Below, in pieces: positions 9,583 through 17,712 of a DNA stretch of 38,429 nt (positions are counted from its first letter, which is position 1; each line of letters opens with the position of its first letter). The translations under genes were made by a program, and so were the position numbers. The stretch is from a virus, in the IMG/VR virus record IMGVR_UViG_3300045988_155207, positions 1 to 38,429 of that record; one strand, 5' to 3'. The notes beneath the pieces are model-generated. The model did no database searches. It was not told where the DNA came from and saw only the letters and a list, made by a program, of their open reading frames with translations.

Positions 9583-9970
9583 ACTTACCGCAAATTTAAC
9601 ACCTAATGTCTTAAACGGGAACGTGCAAGGCAAGTCATTAGTCGGAAAGCTAAATCAGACGATGACTATTCTAGCTTCGCAAAATCATGATGAGTTACAA
9701 CATCTTGATTACGAGCATAGTGGGCATACGGGCTTTGCGAGCGCGGAGCAGGTAAGTCTTCTTTTGCCGAAAGACATCAGCGTTTTGCCGAAAAACGATT
9801 TAACTAATCGTGACGCCAAGGTTTATATTTACGACCCTTCGCTAGGCACACAAGAAACGCAAGTATCTGTCGGGGATTTGTTCGACAGTAAAATAAAAAC
9901 GGTGCAGTCTGTACCCGATAATTTACAGACAAACGACTATATTTTTTTAGAGGTGAAAGAAAATGCCTGA
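9569..9970 (+). CDS. Hypothetical structural protein
   Basis: 133 aa, coupled start. Confidence 0.4.
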   Translation: MEMDKLTANLTPNVLNGNVQGKSLVGKLNQTMTILASQNHDELQHLDYEHSGHTGFASAEQVSLLLPKDISVLPKNDLTNRDAKVYIYDPSLGTQETQVSVGDLFDSKIKTVQSVPDNLQTNDYIFLEVKENA

Positions 9971-11261
9971 CACGACGAAAAAGTATCAAATACAACAGAA
10001 ACAAGCCGACGGAATGCTAACGCTCCACCCCGAAACGGACGCTGACGTTGTTATTCTTGACAGCGCAACTGCGGGTATGTCGGCAACGAACGTACAAGAA
10101 GCGTTCAAGGAAATTATGGATACCATTGACGGGCTGACGGGCGGCGGTGTGGTTACTGGCGTAAAAGGTGACGCGGAATCCGACTACCGCAAAGGACAGG
10201 TCAATATCACGAAAACTAATATCGGGCTGGGGAATGTTGACAATACGTCTGACCTAAATAAGCCTATATCGGCGGCGACACAGGAAGCGTTGAACACAAA
10301 AGCGAATACGGACGACCTTGCTGATTATATTCCGTTGACACAGAAAGGCGCGGCAAACGGAGTTGCTTCGCTCGGAACTGACAGCAAAGTACCTGTGGCA
10401 CAGTTGCCTGATTTAAGTGCGACGTACATACCTGTTACGCAGAAAGGAGCTAATAACGGTGTGGCAAGCCTTGACGCTACGGGCAAGGTACCGTCGGCAC
10501 AACTTCCGTCTTATGTAGACGATGTGTTGGAATTTGACTCGCGAGCGTCTTTTCCTCAAACTGGCGAAGAGGGCAAGATTTATGTCGATACCACAACCAA
10601 CAAGACATACCGCTGGGGCGGCACTTCGTATGTAGAAATATCCGCGTCGCTTGCGCTCGGCGAAACCGCTTCGACGGCATACGCTGGCGACAAGGGTAAA
10701 AAAAATGCTGATGACATTGCGGCGATTATAAGCGGCACACAAAAGGTTGCAAGCGCGACAACGGCGAATAATGCTACAAATGCAAGTCATGCCACAAACG
10801 CTGACCATGCGACGAGCGCAGACAGCGCGACGACAGCGGCTTCGGCGACGACAGCGGCAACGGCTACAAATGCGGGCAATGTCACTGACGAAATAAACGG
10901 CAACGCAATAACCGACATATTTGAAGATGACGGCGTAACGGTCAAAGAGGCTACCCACGCGGGCAGTGCAAACACGGCGACAAGTGCGACGACGGCGACA
11001 AGTGCGACTAAACTGGCAACGGCAAGAAACATCGCGCTTTCGGGCGACATTTCAGGCACGGCAAGTTTTGACGGCTCTGCAAATGCTAACATCTCGGCAA
11101 CGCTTGCGGCAGTAGGAACTGCTGGCACATATTCGGTTGTTACGACGGACGCAAAAGGCAGAGTTACGGCAGGCGGGCAGATTGTGGAAGTCGGAGCGAC
11201 AGCACAAGCTACACCGTCGGCAAGCCTTGCCGTGGGTGGTATATTTTTCAAAGAACTATAA
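9963..11261 (+). CDS. Tail fibre protein with Phage_fiber_2-type repeats and Ala/Thr-rich low-complexity region
   Basis: 432 aa. Three repeats of the form TQKGAANGVASLGTDSKVPVAQLP, a GKIYVDTTTNKTYRWGG motif, and ATxA tandem low-complexity segments. Confidence 0.7.
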   Translation: MPDTTKKYQIQQKQADGMLTLHPETDADVVILDSATAGMSATNVQEAFKEIMDTIDGLTGGGVVTGVKGDAESDYRKGQVNITKTNIGLGNVDNTSDLNKPISAATQEALNTKANTDDLADYIPLTQKGAANGVASLGTDSKVPVAQLPDLSATYIPVTQKGANNGVASLDATGKVPSAQLPSYVDDVLEFDSRASFPQTGEEGKIYVDTTTNKTYRWGGTSYVEISASLALGETASTAYAGDKGKKNADDIAAIISGTQKVASATTANNATNASHATNADHATSADSATTAASATTAATATNAGNVTDEINGNAITDIFEDDGVTVKEATHAGSANTATSATTATSATKLATARNIALSGDISGTASFDGSANANISATLAAVGTAGTYSVVTTDAKGRVTAGGQIVEVGATAQATPSASLAVGGIFFKEL

Positions 11262-11278
11262 AAAAAACGAGGTGAGCT

Positions 11279-12505
11279 ATGAGTTATAGACCCCAAATAA
11301 AGAAAAGCGACGGAACAATGCAGGATTTGCCACTTGACGCAGAAACAATAAAAGGGCAAGAGGTTAAGGGGCTTGCTTTTAAAGATACAATAAAAAATGA
11401 CGATATAGCAAACGATGCCGCTATTGCTCAAAGTAAAGTTAGTGGGTTGAACACTTCTCTAAATGCGAAAATAGATAAAAGCGGCGGTGAGTTGAAAGAC
11501 ACGGTTGTTACTTTTGATGATGTAAGCGGAATGGCGGCAAACATAGCGTCAGGCGAAACGGCAAAGACCTTGTTTGGCAAGATTAAAAACTGGTTTGGAC
11601 GGCTGAAAACACTTGCTTTTAAAGACACAATCAAGAATGCAGACATAGCAGGCAACGCGGATATTGCTCAACACAAAATTGACGGACTTCGAACGGATTA
11701 TGTGGCAAGCCTTTCAGTAAGTGGTAAAACGGTCACTTACAAAAACAAAAATGGCGGAAAGATTGGGACTTTTACCACTCAAGACACAACTTATAGCAAT
11801 GCAACAACTGTTTATGACGGGCTTATGTCGTCAGAAGACAAGACAAAATTGAATGGTATTGATTCAAATGCAAATAATTATACTTTGCCACAGGCGACAA
11901 GAGCGGCATTAGGGGGTGTAAAAATTGGATATACTAAAAACGGCGATAATTATCCCGTTCAACTTTCATCAAGCGGGCAAATGTTTGTCACGGTATCAGG
12001 CGGCGGAGGGGGTGGCGGCAGCGGAGGCGGAAATATAGGTTCTTATTGGGCGATGATTTCCAATGAATCAATTCCGACTTATTACGGCGACGCCTATATT
12101 TCTTTTAGCTTTACCACAAATAACGGATATGACGAAAATCTTATCCACAGCGCGGAGTTGAAAGATATTTTGCTTGCGTCGTCCGTGAATATTTACAGAA
12201 CGCAAACAGATTATGCCAATGAATATCCGGAAATGGATTTGGGCGAGCTGTATTCACATATATATAACGGAGACGGACTGGCTGACAGGAAGCAAATAAT
12301 AAGGGGCAAGGCGACACTCGCCGACGGCGGCAACACGTCTTACGATTGCCTCTTGTTTGTTTGTGAGGATGCCGGCGGTGGCAATGAAAAATTGGAACTC
12401 GGTATTATTGCTGGCGACGGGCACGTGCACATAATCAATGATATTAGACTGGACGGAACTATGTCGTTCTTTGTAGCAGTGTTCTATTTGGGCGGTTCGT
12501 ATTAA
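11279..12505 (+). CDS. Second tail fibre / receptor-binding protein (putative)
   Basis: 408 aa. Internal duplication LAFKDTIKN(D/A)DIA...IAQ(S/H)K(V/I)(S/D)GL present twice, a Gly10 run, and a position after the first fibre. Confidence 0.5.
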   Translation: MSYRPQIKKSDGTMQDLPLDAETIKGQEVKGLAFKDTIKNDDIANDAAIAQSKVSGLNTSLNAKIDKSGGELKDTVVTFDDVSGMAANIASGETAKTLFGKIKNWFGRLKTLAFKDTIKNADIAGNADIAQHKIDGLRTDYVASLSVSGKTVTYKNKNGGKIGTFTTQDTTYSNATTVYDGLMSSEDKTKLNGIDSNANNYTLPQATRAALGGVKIGYTKNGDNYPVQLSSSGQMFVTVSGGGGGGGSGGGNIGSYWAMISNESIPTYYGDAYISFSFTTNNGYDENLIHSAELKDILLASSVNIYRTQTDYANEYPEMDLGELYSHIYNGDGLADRKQIIRGKATLADGGNTSYDCLLFVCEDAGGGNEKLELGIIAGDGHVHIINDIRLDGTMSFFVAVFYLGGSY

Positions 12506-12523
12506 AGATAGAGGAGAGCAAGC

Positions 12524-12739
12524 ATGACAAACGTGTATTACATAAGTAAAGAAGAAAAAAAACGAAGAAGAGACATAAGACAGTTGAAAATGCAGCTGCA
12601 ACCTCTTAACGAGGATTTGCTGCAAGTCATGGCTGGCGTTGAAATACCGAATATAGAGGAGAAAAAAGCGGAATTTAGGCGCATTCATGGTGATATTCGA
12701 GAGTTGGAGGGAAAGCCGAGAGAAAGGCAGGGCAGTTAA
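12524..12739 (+). CDS. Small charged coiled-coil protein
   Basis: 71 aa, GGAGAG RBS. Confidence 0.4.
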   Translation: MTNVYYISKEEKKRRRDIRQLKMQLQPLNEDLLQVMAGVEIPNIEEKKAEFRRIHGDIRELEGKPRERQGS

Positions 12740-12814
12740 ATGAAATATGAGCTTTTAATGGGGAGTGAAAAAGGAGTCTTAATTGACCGAACTCCAATCA
12801 TGTTGGATATAAGG

Positions 12815-12838
12815 GACACTTTTGAGGTGTCTTTTTAT
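12815..12838 (+). terminator. Weak rho-independent terminator (GACAC-loop-GTGTC + TTTTTATT)
   Basis: Hairpin 12815-12831 followed by a T-run, ending the structural operon. Confidence 0.4.
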
Positions 12839-13188
12839 TGCCCCAAAAAGGTGCATATATAGCTATTTTTAGGGGCGAAGACAACATTGAGTATAAATCG
12901 GTAATAAAGGGTGGGAGGGTAAAACTCCCCCCTGAACTGCTTAATAAAGAGCAATATGTCAGCCTTATAGTGACTGAAGTAAATGACGAAATTGTTGTCC
13001 ATGCTTGGGTGTGCGAGCCGCTGAAAGTGACCGCCTATTTTCATTTAAGACAAAACCAGTGGCAGGTATCGGGCGGCTATTTTTTAGGAGTTGTATGGGT
13101 AAATCCTCAAAACGCCGTTACTCTTTCTGATTCAAGTTATTTGACGGCTGATTTTGTTGTTAAATTTAACACGGTTCGAACCGATTAA
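12838..13188 (+). CDS. Doubtful ORF (TTG start overlapping a terminator hairpin, no in-frame ATG)
   Basis: Track ORF of 116 aa. The start is uncertain. Confidence 0.25.
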   Translation: MPQKGAYIAIFRGEDNIEYKSVIKGGRVKLPPELLNKEQYVSLIVTEVNDEIVVHAWVCEPLKVTAYFHLRQNQWQVSGGYFLGVVWVNPQNAVTLSDSSYLTADFVVKFNTVRTD

Positions 13189-13192
13189 ATTG

Positions 13193-13221
13193 TTGACTTT
13201 TAAAAATAAATGGAATATAAT
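13193..13221 (+). promoter_or_regulatory. Promoter TTGACT (13193-13198)-17-TATAAT (13216-13221)
   Basis: Near-consensus hexamers followed by AGGAGG RBS and ATG at 13243. The track ORF start at 13210 lies inside the -10 element. Confidence 0.6.
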
Positions 13222-13242
13222 TTTTATAGGAGGAAAATCCCA

Positions 13243-13527
13243 ATGAACAAGATAAACGAAATTTCAAAACGCTATTTGTCGGATATTGAGGTTGTCAAAA
13301 AAACTGACTTTGACGCAAGATATGGACAACACTATAATTCAGTAATGCTTCCACACCTCAAACAGCTTGACGAAACTTTTAATGCAAGTGTAAATGAATT
13401 GAAGCAGAGGCTTGAGTTTGAAAAAACTGAATATGTCGCTTCTCAAAAACAATTTATTGAAAACCAAATAAATTCAGAATATGACGCATTTTTTGCAGCC
13501 ATAAAACCATTTGTAGGGGAGGCTTAA
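13243..13527 (+). CDS. Hypothetical helical protein, first gene of the AT-rich cassette
   Basis: 94 aa from the ATG with AGGAGG RBS. Very low GC. Confidence 0.5.
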   Translation: MNKINEISKRYLSDIEVVKKTDFDARYGQHYNSVMLPHLKQLDETFNASVNELKQRLEFEKTEYVASQKQFIENQINSEYDAFFAAIKPFVGEA

Positions 13528-13530
13528 TCA

Positions 13531-14001
13531 ATGCCTGAATGGGTTTCCGCATTGATTTGCTTAGCTATTGTGATTGTGGCTATATTGTTAACAAGCATTG
13601 TAAAGGTTATAATGCAAAAAGCCGCAAAACGCAAAGGCGGCGAGTTGGATTGTAAAAAATGGGAGTATCTTTTTGCGGCAATCAGCCTACTTCTTTCTGG
13701 TGTTGGTGTGTTTTGTTTTTTGAAGTTTTATTTAAAAATAACAGACATCAATGTCCTGGTAAAAACCACAGCGACGTACGCTGGTAGCGTGCAGACAGTT
13801 TATTTGTTTGGCGTTCAACTTGTAAGAAAAGGGTGGAAAGGGATGATTTTGGGAGTAAAAAAACTTTTTGTTGACTTGAAAAAGTCAGAAAAACCGATTG
13901 AAGAACTTCCCGAAATTATTTCAAATGAAACAAAGACTAAAGAAAGCGATGATATTGAACGCCTCAAAAGTGATTTTGAAAAAATTATTAACAAAAAATG
14001 A
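13531..14001 (+). CDS. Two-TM membrane protein with highly charged C-terminal tail (holin-like topology)
   Basis: 156 aa. Hydrophobic segments at about residues 5-27 and 46-68, followed by a K/E-rich tail. Confidence 0.5.
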   Translation: MPEWVSALICLAIVIVAILLTSIVKVIMQKAAKRKGGELDCKKWEYLFAAISLLLSGVGVFCFLKFYLKITDINVLVKTTATYAGSVQTVYLFGVQLVRKGWKGMILGVKKLFVDLKKSEKPIEELPEIISNETKTKESDDIERLKSDFEKIINKK

Positions 14002-14627
14002 GTAAGATAAAAGAACATTTTGGCAATAAAACAGGTGAACAAATAGTTTCCTTCTTTATGTTTGTTTTTACCGTTGCCATAATGTTCTTTTGCCTTATTG
14101 CTCGATTTTTTGGGATTTTATGGTTTAAAGCTGATTTAAATAAAATAAACATTCCGAGCGAGTTTTTGCAAGAATTTATAAAGTCAGGATTACTTGTTTT
14201 TGAGTTGATTTTTATATATAAAATTCTTTGCAGAACAAGTTGGTGGAAATGTTTATTTATTGCAATAATTCAAACAATAATAGTTGCATTTTTTGCTTTT
14301 GTGATAAAAAACAACATAGCAACAAGCATATTCAACCTTGTATATATTGCAATTATACCAATATTTTTTGTAAAAAAATGGTATTCTTTTTTAGAAAATT
14401 TGCTTTTATACGGCATAACAATGTTATATGGCATTATTTTTTCTGTTGGCAGAATAGGAATTTTTGCAAATGAAGCAGCATATAATTTTTTATATGGAAT
14501 TTTAGGCACAATTGACTATAAACTTTTTATAGTTAGTCTATATTTGTTTATAAAATATAACGGAGGTTTTAGATTATGGAAAAAGCAGAAAAGATTGATT
14601 TTTCAAACAGACCAAAAGACACAATGA
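13998..14627 (+). CDS. Polytopic membrane protein (about 6 TM)
   Basis: 209 aa with six hydrophobic stretches. ATGA overlap with the upstream gene. Confidence 0.6.
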   Translation: MSKIKEHFGNKTGEQIVSFFMFVFTVAIMFFCLIARFFGILWFKADLNKINIPSEFLQEFIKSGLLVFELIFIYKILCRTSWWKCLFIAIIQTIIVAFFAFVIKNNIATSIFNLVYIAIIPIFFVKKWYSFLENLLLYGITMLYGIIFSVGRIGIFANEAAYNFLYGILGTIDYKLFIVSLYLFIKYNGGFRLWKKQKRLIFQTDQKTQ

Positions 14628-14737
14628 ATGAAAGCGGTGGAATGCCTCACTGTCCATTTTGGTTTTTCGGCAATGAAGAAAGTGCCGATAAGGATTTGAA
14701 AGACAATTTTGAAATTGTTGATGAAAAAAAAGATTAA
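14576..14737 (+). CDS. Small 53-aa protein: charged N-terminus, central G-G-M-P-H-C-P-F-W-F-F-G, acidic C-terminus
   Basis: Not in the ORF track (<60 aa). GGAGG RBS 9 nt upstream of the ATG. Nested out-of-frame in the 3' end of the 6-TM gene. Confidence 0.3.
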   Translation: MEKAEKIDFSNRPKDTMNESGGMPHCPFWFFGNEESADKDLKDNFEIVDEKKD

Positions 14738-15344
14738 AATAACAAGGGATAAATATGAAAAAATTTCTAAACTCTATCGGTTTGGAGGTTTTGCCATAAT
14801 CGTAGGCTTGCTGATAAGTTTTAGCTCCCTTATCAGCAAGCCTGTCGAATTTTTATGTATATTTTTGCCGTATTTTATAACAAAGAATTTTTACGCAAAA
14901 CAATATCATGCAAAATCGTTAAAAAATTGCTTTGCTTATTCATTGTTAATATTTGGATTTGCAACATTAACAACTTTACCGAAAGAAATTAGCATTAGCT
15001 TTTCTATCCTGCTCGGAGTGTTAATTGCTTTTATTAGTTATAAAATTGGCGATATTCAGTTTAAATTAAAAGATTACAAATACATTTCAGAAAGATATGA
15101 AAAGTTATTAGATTTTTATAAAGAAAAATCAACACAAAAGCATTTTAATGTAAACAATTGCACAGAGGCTGAACTGATTGAACGATGCAAGTGTTTGCAT
15201 TTTTCAAAAGAAAATATAGAACTTTCTATTGAATTTTTTATAAATAAAACACGTCACAAAATCATTGCAGATAGGTTGTGCATAGATGAGAAGTCAGTGA
15301 CAACAAGAAAAAAGCGATTAAAAGAAAAATTAAATAATAATTAA
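14721..15344 (+). CDS. Membrane-anchored HTH protein (3-4 N-terminal TM segments + C-terminal sigma region-4/ArpU-like HTH)
   Basis: ATG at 14721 (the track start at 14709 is TTG). The C-terminus ...ELIERCKCLHFSKENIELSIEFFINKTRHKIIADRLCIDEKSVTTRKKRLKEKL fits a sigma-r4-like HTH. Confidence 0.55.
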   Translation: MKKKIKITRDKYEKISKLYRFGGFAIIVGLLISFSSLISKPVEFLCIFLPYFITKNFYAKQYHAKSLKNCFAYSLLIFGFATLTTLPKEISISFSILLGVLIAFISYKIGDIQFKLKDYKYISERYEKLLDFYKEKSTQKHFNVNNCTEAELIERCKCLHFSKENIELSIEFFINKTRHKIIADRLCIDEKSVTTRKKRLKEKLNNN

Positions 15345-15378
15345 ATTGTACACCTTTTGTCGGTGTACATTCTTTTTT
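15345..15378 (+). terminator. Rho-independent terminator (TGTACACC-loop-GGTGTACA + TTCTTTTTTT)
   Basis: 8-bp perfect stem, 7-nt loop, T-run. Confidence 0.65.
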
Positions 15379-15484
15379 TATGCTCTTATAATTTATGGCG
15401 TGAGGGCGGGGATATCGCGCAAGTATCCTCACTACATGCGCAATATTCCGTGGCTCTTACAATTTTTAATTGTAGGAGTAAAAA

Positions 15485-15970
15485 ATGTACAATCTATATC
15501 AGAACGGGAATATGTATCAGACGCCGTATAATGCCTCTTACGGCGGTTTTATGCCGTCGCAGGGGAATTACACGGGGCAAGCGCCTTTCGCGCCGCAGAA
15601 TGGCAATTACGCGCCTCAAACGGCGACACAGCAACAGTCTGCACAAATGAACACAAACAAAATTTACGTGACAGGCATTGAAGACGCCCGCGCAAGGCAG
15701 CTGCCGCCGAACAGCGATTTTATTTTTCTCGACAACGACAAGCCGCTTTTATACCGAAAGACGGTTGACGCTACGGGAAAAATGGAGATAAAAACGTTCA
15801 AAATTGCGGAATATACAGAAGCCGAAACAGCCTCTGCCCCTGCCGTGGATATGTCGCAGTTCGTTAGCGTGGAAGAGTTCAAGGGCGTTCAGGCAGAAAT
15901 GGGGCGCATAAAGCGTACTATCGACGGTCTGTTAAAGAAAGAGAAGAAGGGAGGCGAGGACAATGGCTAA
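15485..15970 (+). CDS. Hypothetical protein with N/Q/Y/G-rich low-complexity N-terminus
   Basis: 161 aa, AGGAG RBS. Confidence 0.5.
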   Translation: MYNLYQNGNMYQTPYNASYGGFMPSQGNYTGQAPFAPQNGNYAPQTATQQQSAQMNTNKIYVTGIEDARARQLPPNSDFIFLDNDKPLLYRKTVDATGKMEIKTFKIAEYTEAETASAPAVDMSQFVSVEEFKGVQAEMGRIKRTIDGLLKKEKKGGEDNG

Positions 15971-16205
15971 TCCGTTGGGAAATGCACCACAGCCGCCCGC
16001 AAATCCATTCTTTCAGATTGTAAAACAAATCAGGAACGGGCAGGCAAACCCGCAAGCGGTCGTGCAAATGCTTGTGCAAAACAATCCGCAGGTTGCGCAG
16101 CAGATAGACCAAATGCGCGGCAAAATGAGCTATCAAGACCTCGCAATGAACATTATGAAACAGCGAGGAATTGACCCGAACGCCTTCATGGCGCAGTTCA
16201 AATAA
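15963..16205 (+). CDS. Hypothetical Q/N-rich helical protein
   Basis: 80 aa, GGAGG RBS. Confidence 0.45.
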   Translation: MANPLGNAPQPPANPFFQIVKQIRNGQANPQAVVQMLVQNNPQVAQQIDQMRGKMSYQDLAMNIMKQRGIDPNAFMAQFK

Positions 16206-16208
16206 TTA

Positions 16209-16234
16209 TCGTTCTTTGCGCGCAGAACGATTTT
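16209..16234 (+). terminator. Hairpin TCGTTCT-TTGCGCGC-AGAACGA + TTTT
   Basis: 7-bp stem followed by a T-run. Confidence 0.4.
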
Positions 16235-16262
16235 ATAAAAATAATTAAAGGAGAATAATTCA

Positions 16263-16532
16263 ATGGATAATGGATTCGCTGAAGGGTATGCCGTAGGTCA
16301 GGGCAACGCCAACAACAACGGCTGGGGCAACGGTGCATGGGGCGCAGAATGGCTGTGGATTATCGTGCTTTTTGCGCTGTTTGGTAATAACGGCTGGGGC
16401 TTCGGTGGAAACGGCGGCGGCAATATCGGATATGAACTCGGCAAAGTAGCGACGAGCAACGACGTGGCGGTACAGGGCGGTGAAAAGCTCGCCGCGTACT
16501 ACTACGCCATTGTGGACGATGACGAGGAATAA
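16263..16532 (+). CDS. Gly-rich single-TM membrane protein (YjcZ-like; possible holin)
   Basis: 89 aa. GNG/GWG repeats flank the TM segment WLWIIVLFALFG. AAGGAG RBS. Confidence 0.5.
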   Translation: MDNGFAEGYAVGQGNANNNGWGNGAWGAEWLWIIVLFALFGNNGWGFGGNGGGNIGYELGKVATSNDVAVQGGEKLAAYYYAIVDDDEE

Positions 16533-16898
16533 ATGCGTTATCGGTATTATAACCGCCGACCTGACGGACAAGAACTACAAGATTGTGTTTGCCGTGCGAT
16601 AAGTGCAGCAACGGGCTTGAAATATGAAGCCGTCGAAAACCTTTTGCTTCTAACCGCCCACAAATGCGGGTGTGATGTGCTGACGGTAGGTTGCTACCAC
16701 AATCTACTTGACGGAATATTGTGTTACAAACGATATAACGGCAGGGGCATGACGGTTGGAGAGATTGCAGAACTCCACAAAGATAAGCGGCTTATAATCC
16801 GCATTAAAGGTCACTTAACTTGTAGCCTTTACGGAACTATCATAGATATTTGGGATTGCACGGAAAAGTGCGCCGATGTCTATTGGATAATTGAATAA
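16533..16898 (+). CDS. Cys/His-rich small protein (candidate papain-like/CHAP-like peptidase; speculative)
   Basis: 121 aa with DCVCRAISAATG ... KGHLTCSLYG ... IDIWD. Coupled start. Confidence 0.4.
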   Translation: MRYRYYNRRPDGQELQDCVCRAISAATGLKYEAVENLLLLTAHKCGCDVLTVGCYHNLLDGILCYKRYNGRGMTVGEIAELHKDKRLIIRIKGHLTCSLYGTIIDIWDCTEKCADVYWIIE

Positions 16899-16904
16899 AA
16901 AAAG

Positions 16905-16939
16905 ACAGGCAATCAGAAAAGATTGCCTGTTATTTTTTT
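16905..16939 (+). terminator. Strong rho-independent terminator (10-bp stem ACAGGCAATC/GATTGCCTGT + T7)
   Basis: Perfect 10-bp stem, 6-nt loop, and the run TATTTTTTT. Confidence 0.8.
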
Positions 16940-16971
16940 ATAAAATTTTATAAAAAAATATCAAAAAACTA

Positions 16972-17000
16972 TTGACATTTAATTTTATAAGTGATATAAT
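16972..17000 (+). promoter_or_regulatory. Promoter TTGACA (16972-16977)-17-TATAAT (16995-17000) with A-rich UP region
   Basis: Perfect consensus, at the start of the early region. Confidence 0.7.
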
Positions 17001-17045
17001 AAGTACAAGAAAACAAAGAGGGCAAACAGCCCGAAGGAATTAAAA

Positions 17046-17270
17046 ATGAACGTTGATTTTGTGGTAGAACGCGAAACAGAAAAGGCATATCAAATACGTG
17101 TTTTTGACGGATATTTCAGTTGGCAAGATGTTTATAAATGGGTTCCGAAATCGATTTGCACAGTCGAGGAACGTGGCGGAGATATTGACCCCGAAGCATA
17201 CGGCACCATTAAATACAAGGTAATAATCAATATCGCCAGTTGGTGGTGTTACAAGAATTTGAAAAAATAA
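17046..17270 (+). CDS. Small phage protein (ETEKAYQI...W.PKS motif)
   Basis: 74 aa. Confidence 0.5.
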   Translation: MNVDFVVERETEKAYQIRVFDGYFSWQDVYKWVPKSICTVEERGGDIDPEAYGTIKYKVIINIASWWCYKNLKK

Positions 17271-17319
17271 AGTCGAAACGCCCCGCGCGTCGGGCAATAG
17301 GCGCGCAAAGGAGTTCATT

Positions 17320-17712
17320 ATGTGGAAAACGATAAACATCAACAGACAGAACATCAGAACGGAGACGGATAAGGCGGTGCTGATCGCCTGCCCTCACGCC
17401 AGCGATTATAACGGGTATTGCTTTTGGCACCCGTCAAAGCTGGTGCGCGAGGGCAGACACAAGGGCGCGGTATCAATCAGCTACACCGAAGAATTTACTT
17501 TCCGTTTGAAAAAATACGGTAAAGGCAGATACAACAGCCACGAAGTTATAGACGAGATACAGCTCGGTTATGACGAATTGGAAGAAGTATTCGGAGTTAT
17601 GAACGATAATATATCTGCGCCGCAATTCAAGAACGATTATGAAACGCACAAGCCCGAGGCGGTGGAGGCGGTCAAGACAGAGGCGGACGCAAGTCTGATA
17701 GAAAATGAATAA
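17320..17712 (+). CDS. Hypothetical protein, distant paralog of the previous gene (TETDKAVLI...WHPSK)
   Basis: 130 aa, AAGGAG RBS. Confidence 0.5.
   Translation: MWKTININRQNIRTETDKAVLIACPHASDYNGYCFWHPSKLVREGRHKGAVSISYTEEFTFRLKKYGKGRYNSHEVIDEIQLGYDELEEVFGVMNDNISAPQFKNDYETHKPEAVEAVKTEADASLIENE

Noticed and set aside
12838-13188. ORF 12838-13188 as a confident gene
   Set aside because: The TTG start overlaps a terminator hairpin, there is no in-frame ATG and no RBS. It is kept only as a low-confidence ORF.
13160-13190. GGTTCGAACC looked like a tRNA T-arm (GGTTCGAA-CC)
   Set aside because: It is a perfect palindrome with no 7-nt loop, and the flanking sequence cannot form a 5-bp T-stem or acceptor stem. 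No cloverleaf is possible.
13998-14737. The 6-TM protein plus the 53-aa peptide as an AgrB/AgrD pair
   Set aside because: The 6-TM protein lacks the conserved AgrB His and Cys catalytic residues in the right context. The peptide lacks the hydrophobic N-terminal helix of AgrD. Only the generic export/peptide/sensor analogy is kept as a hypothesis.
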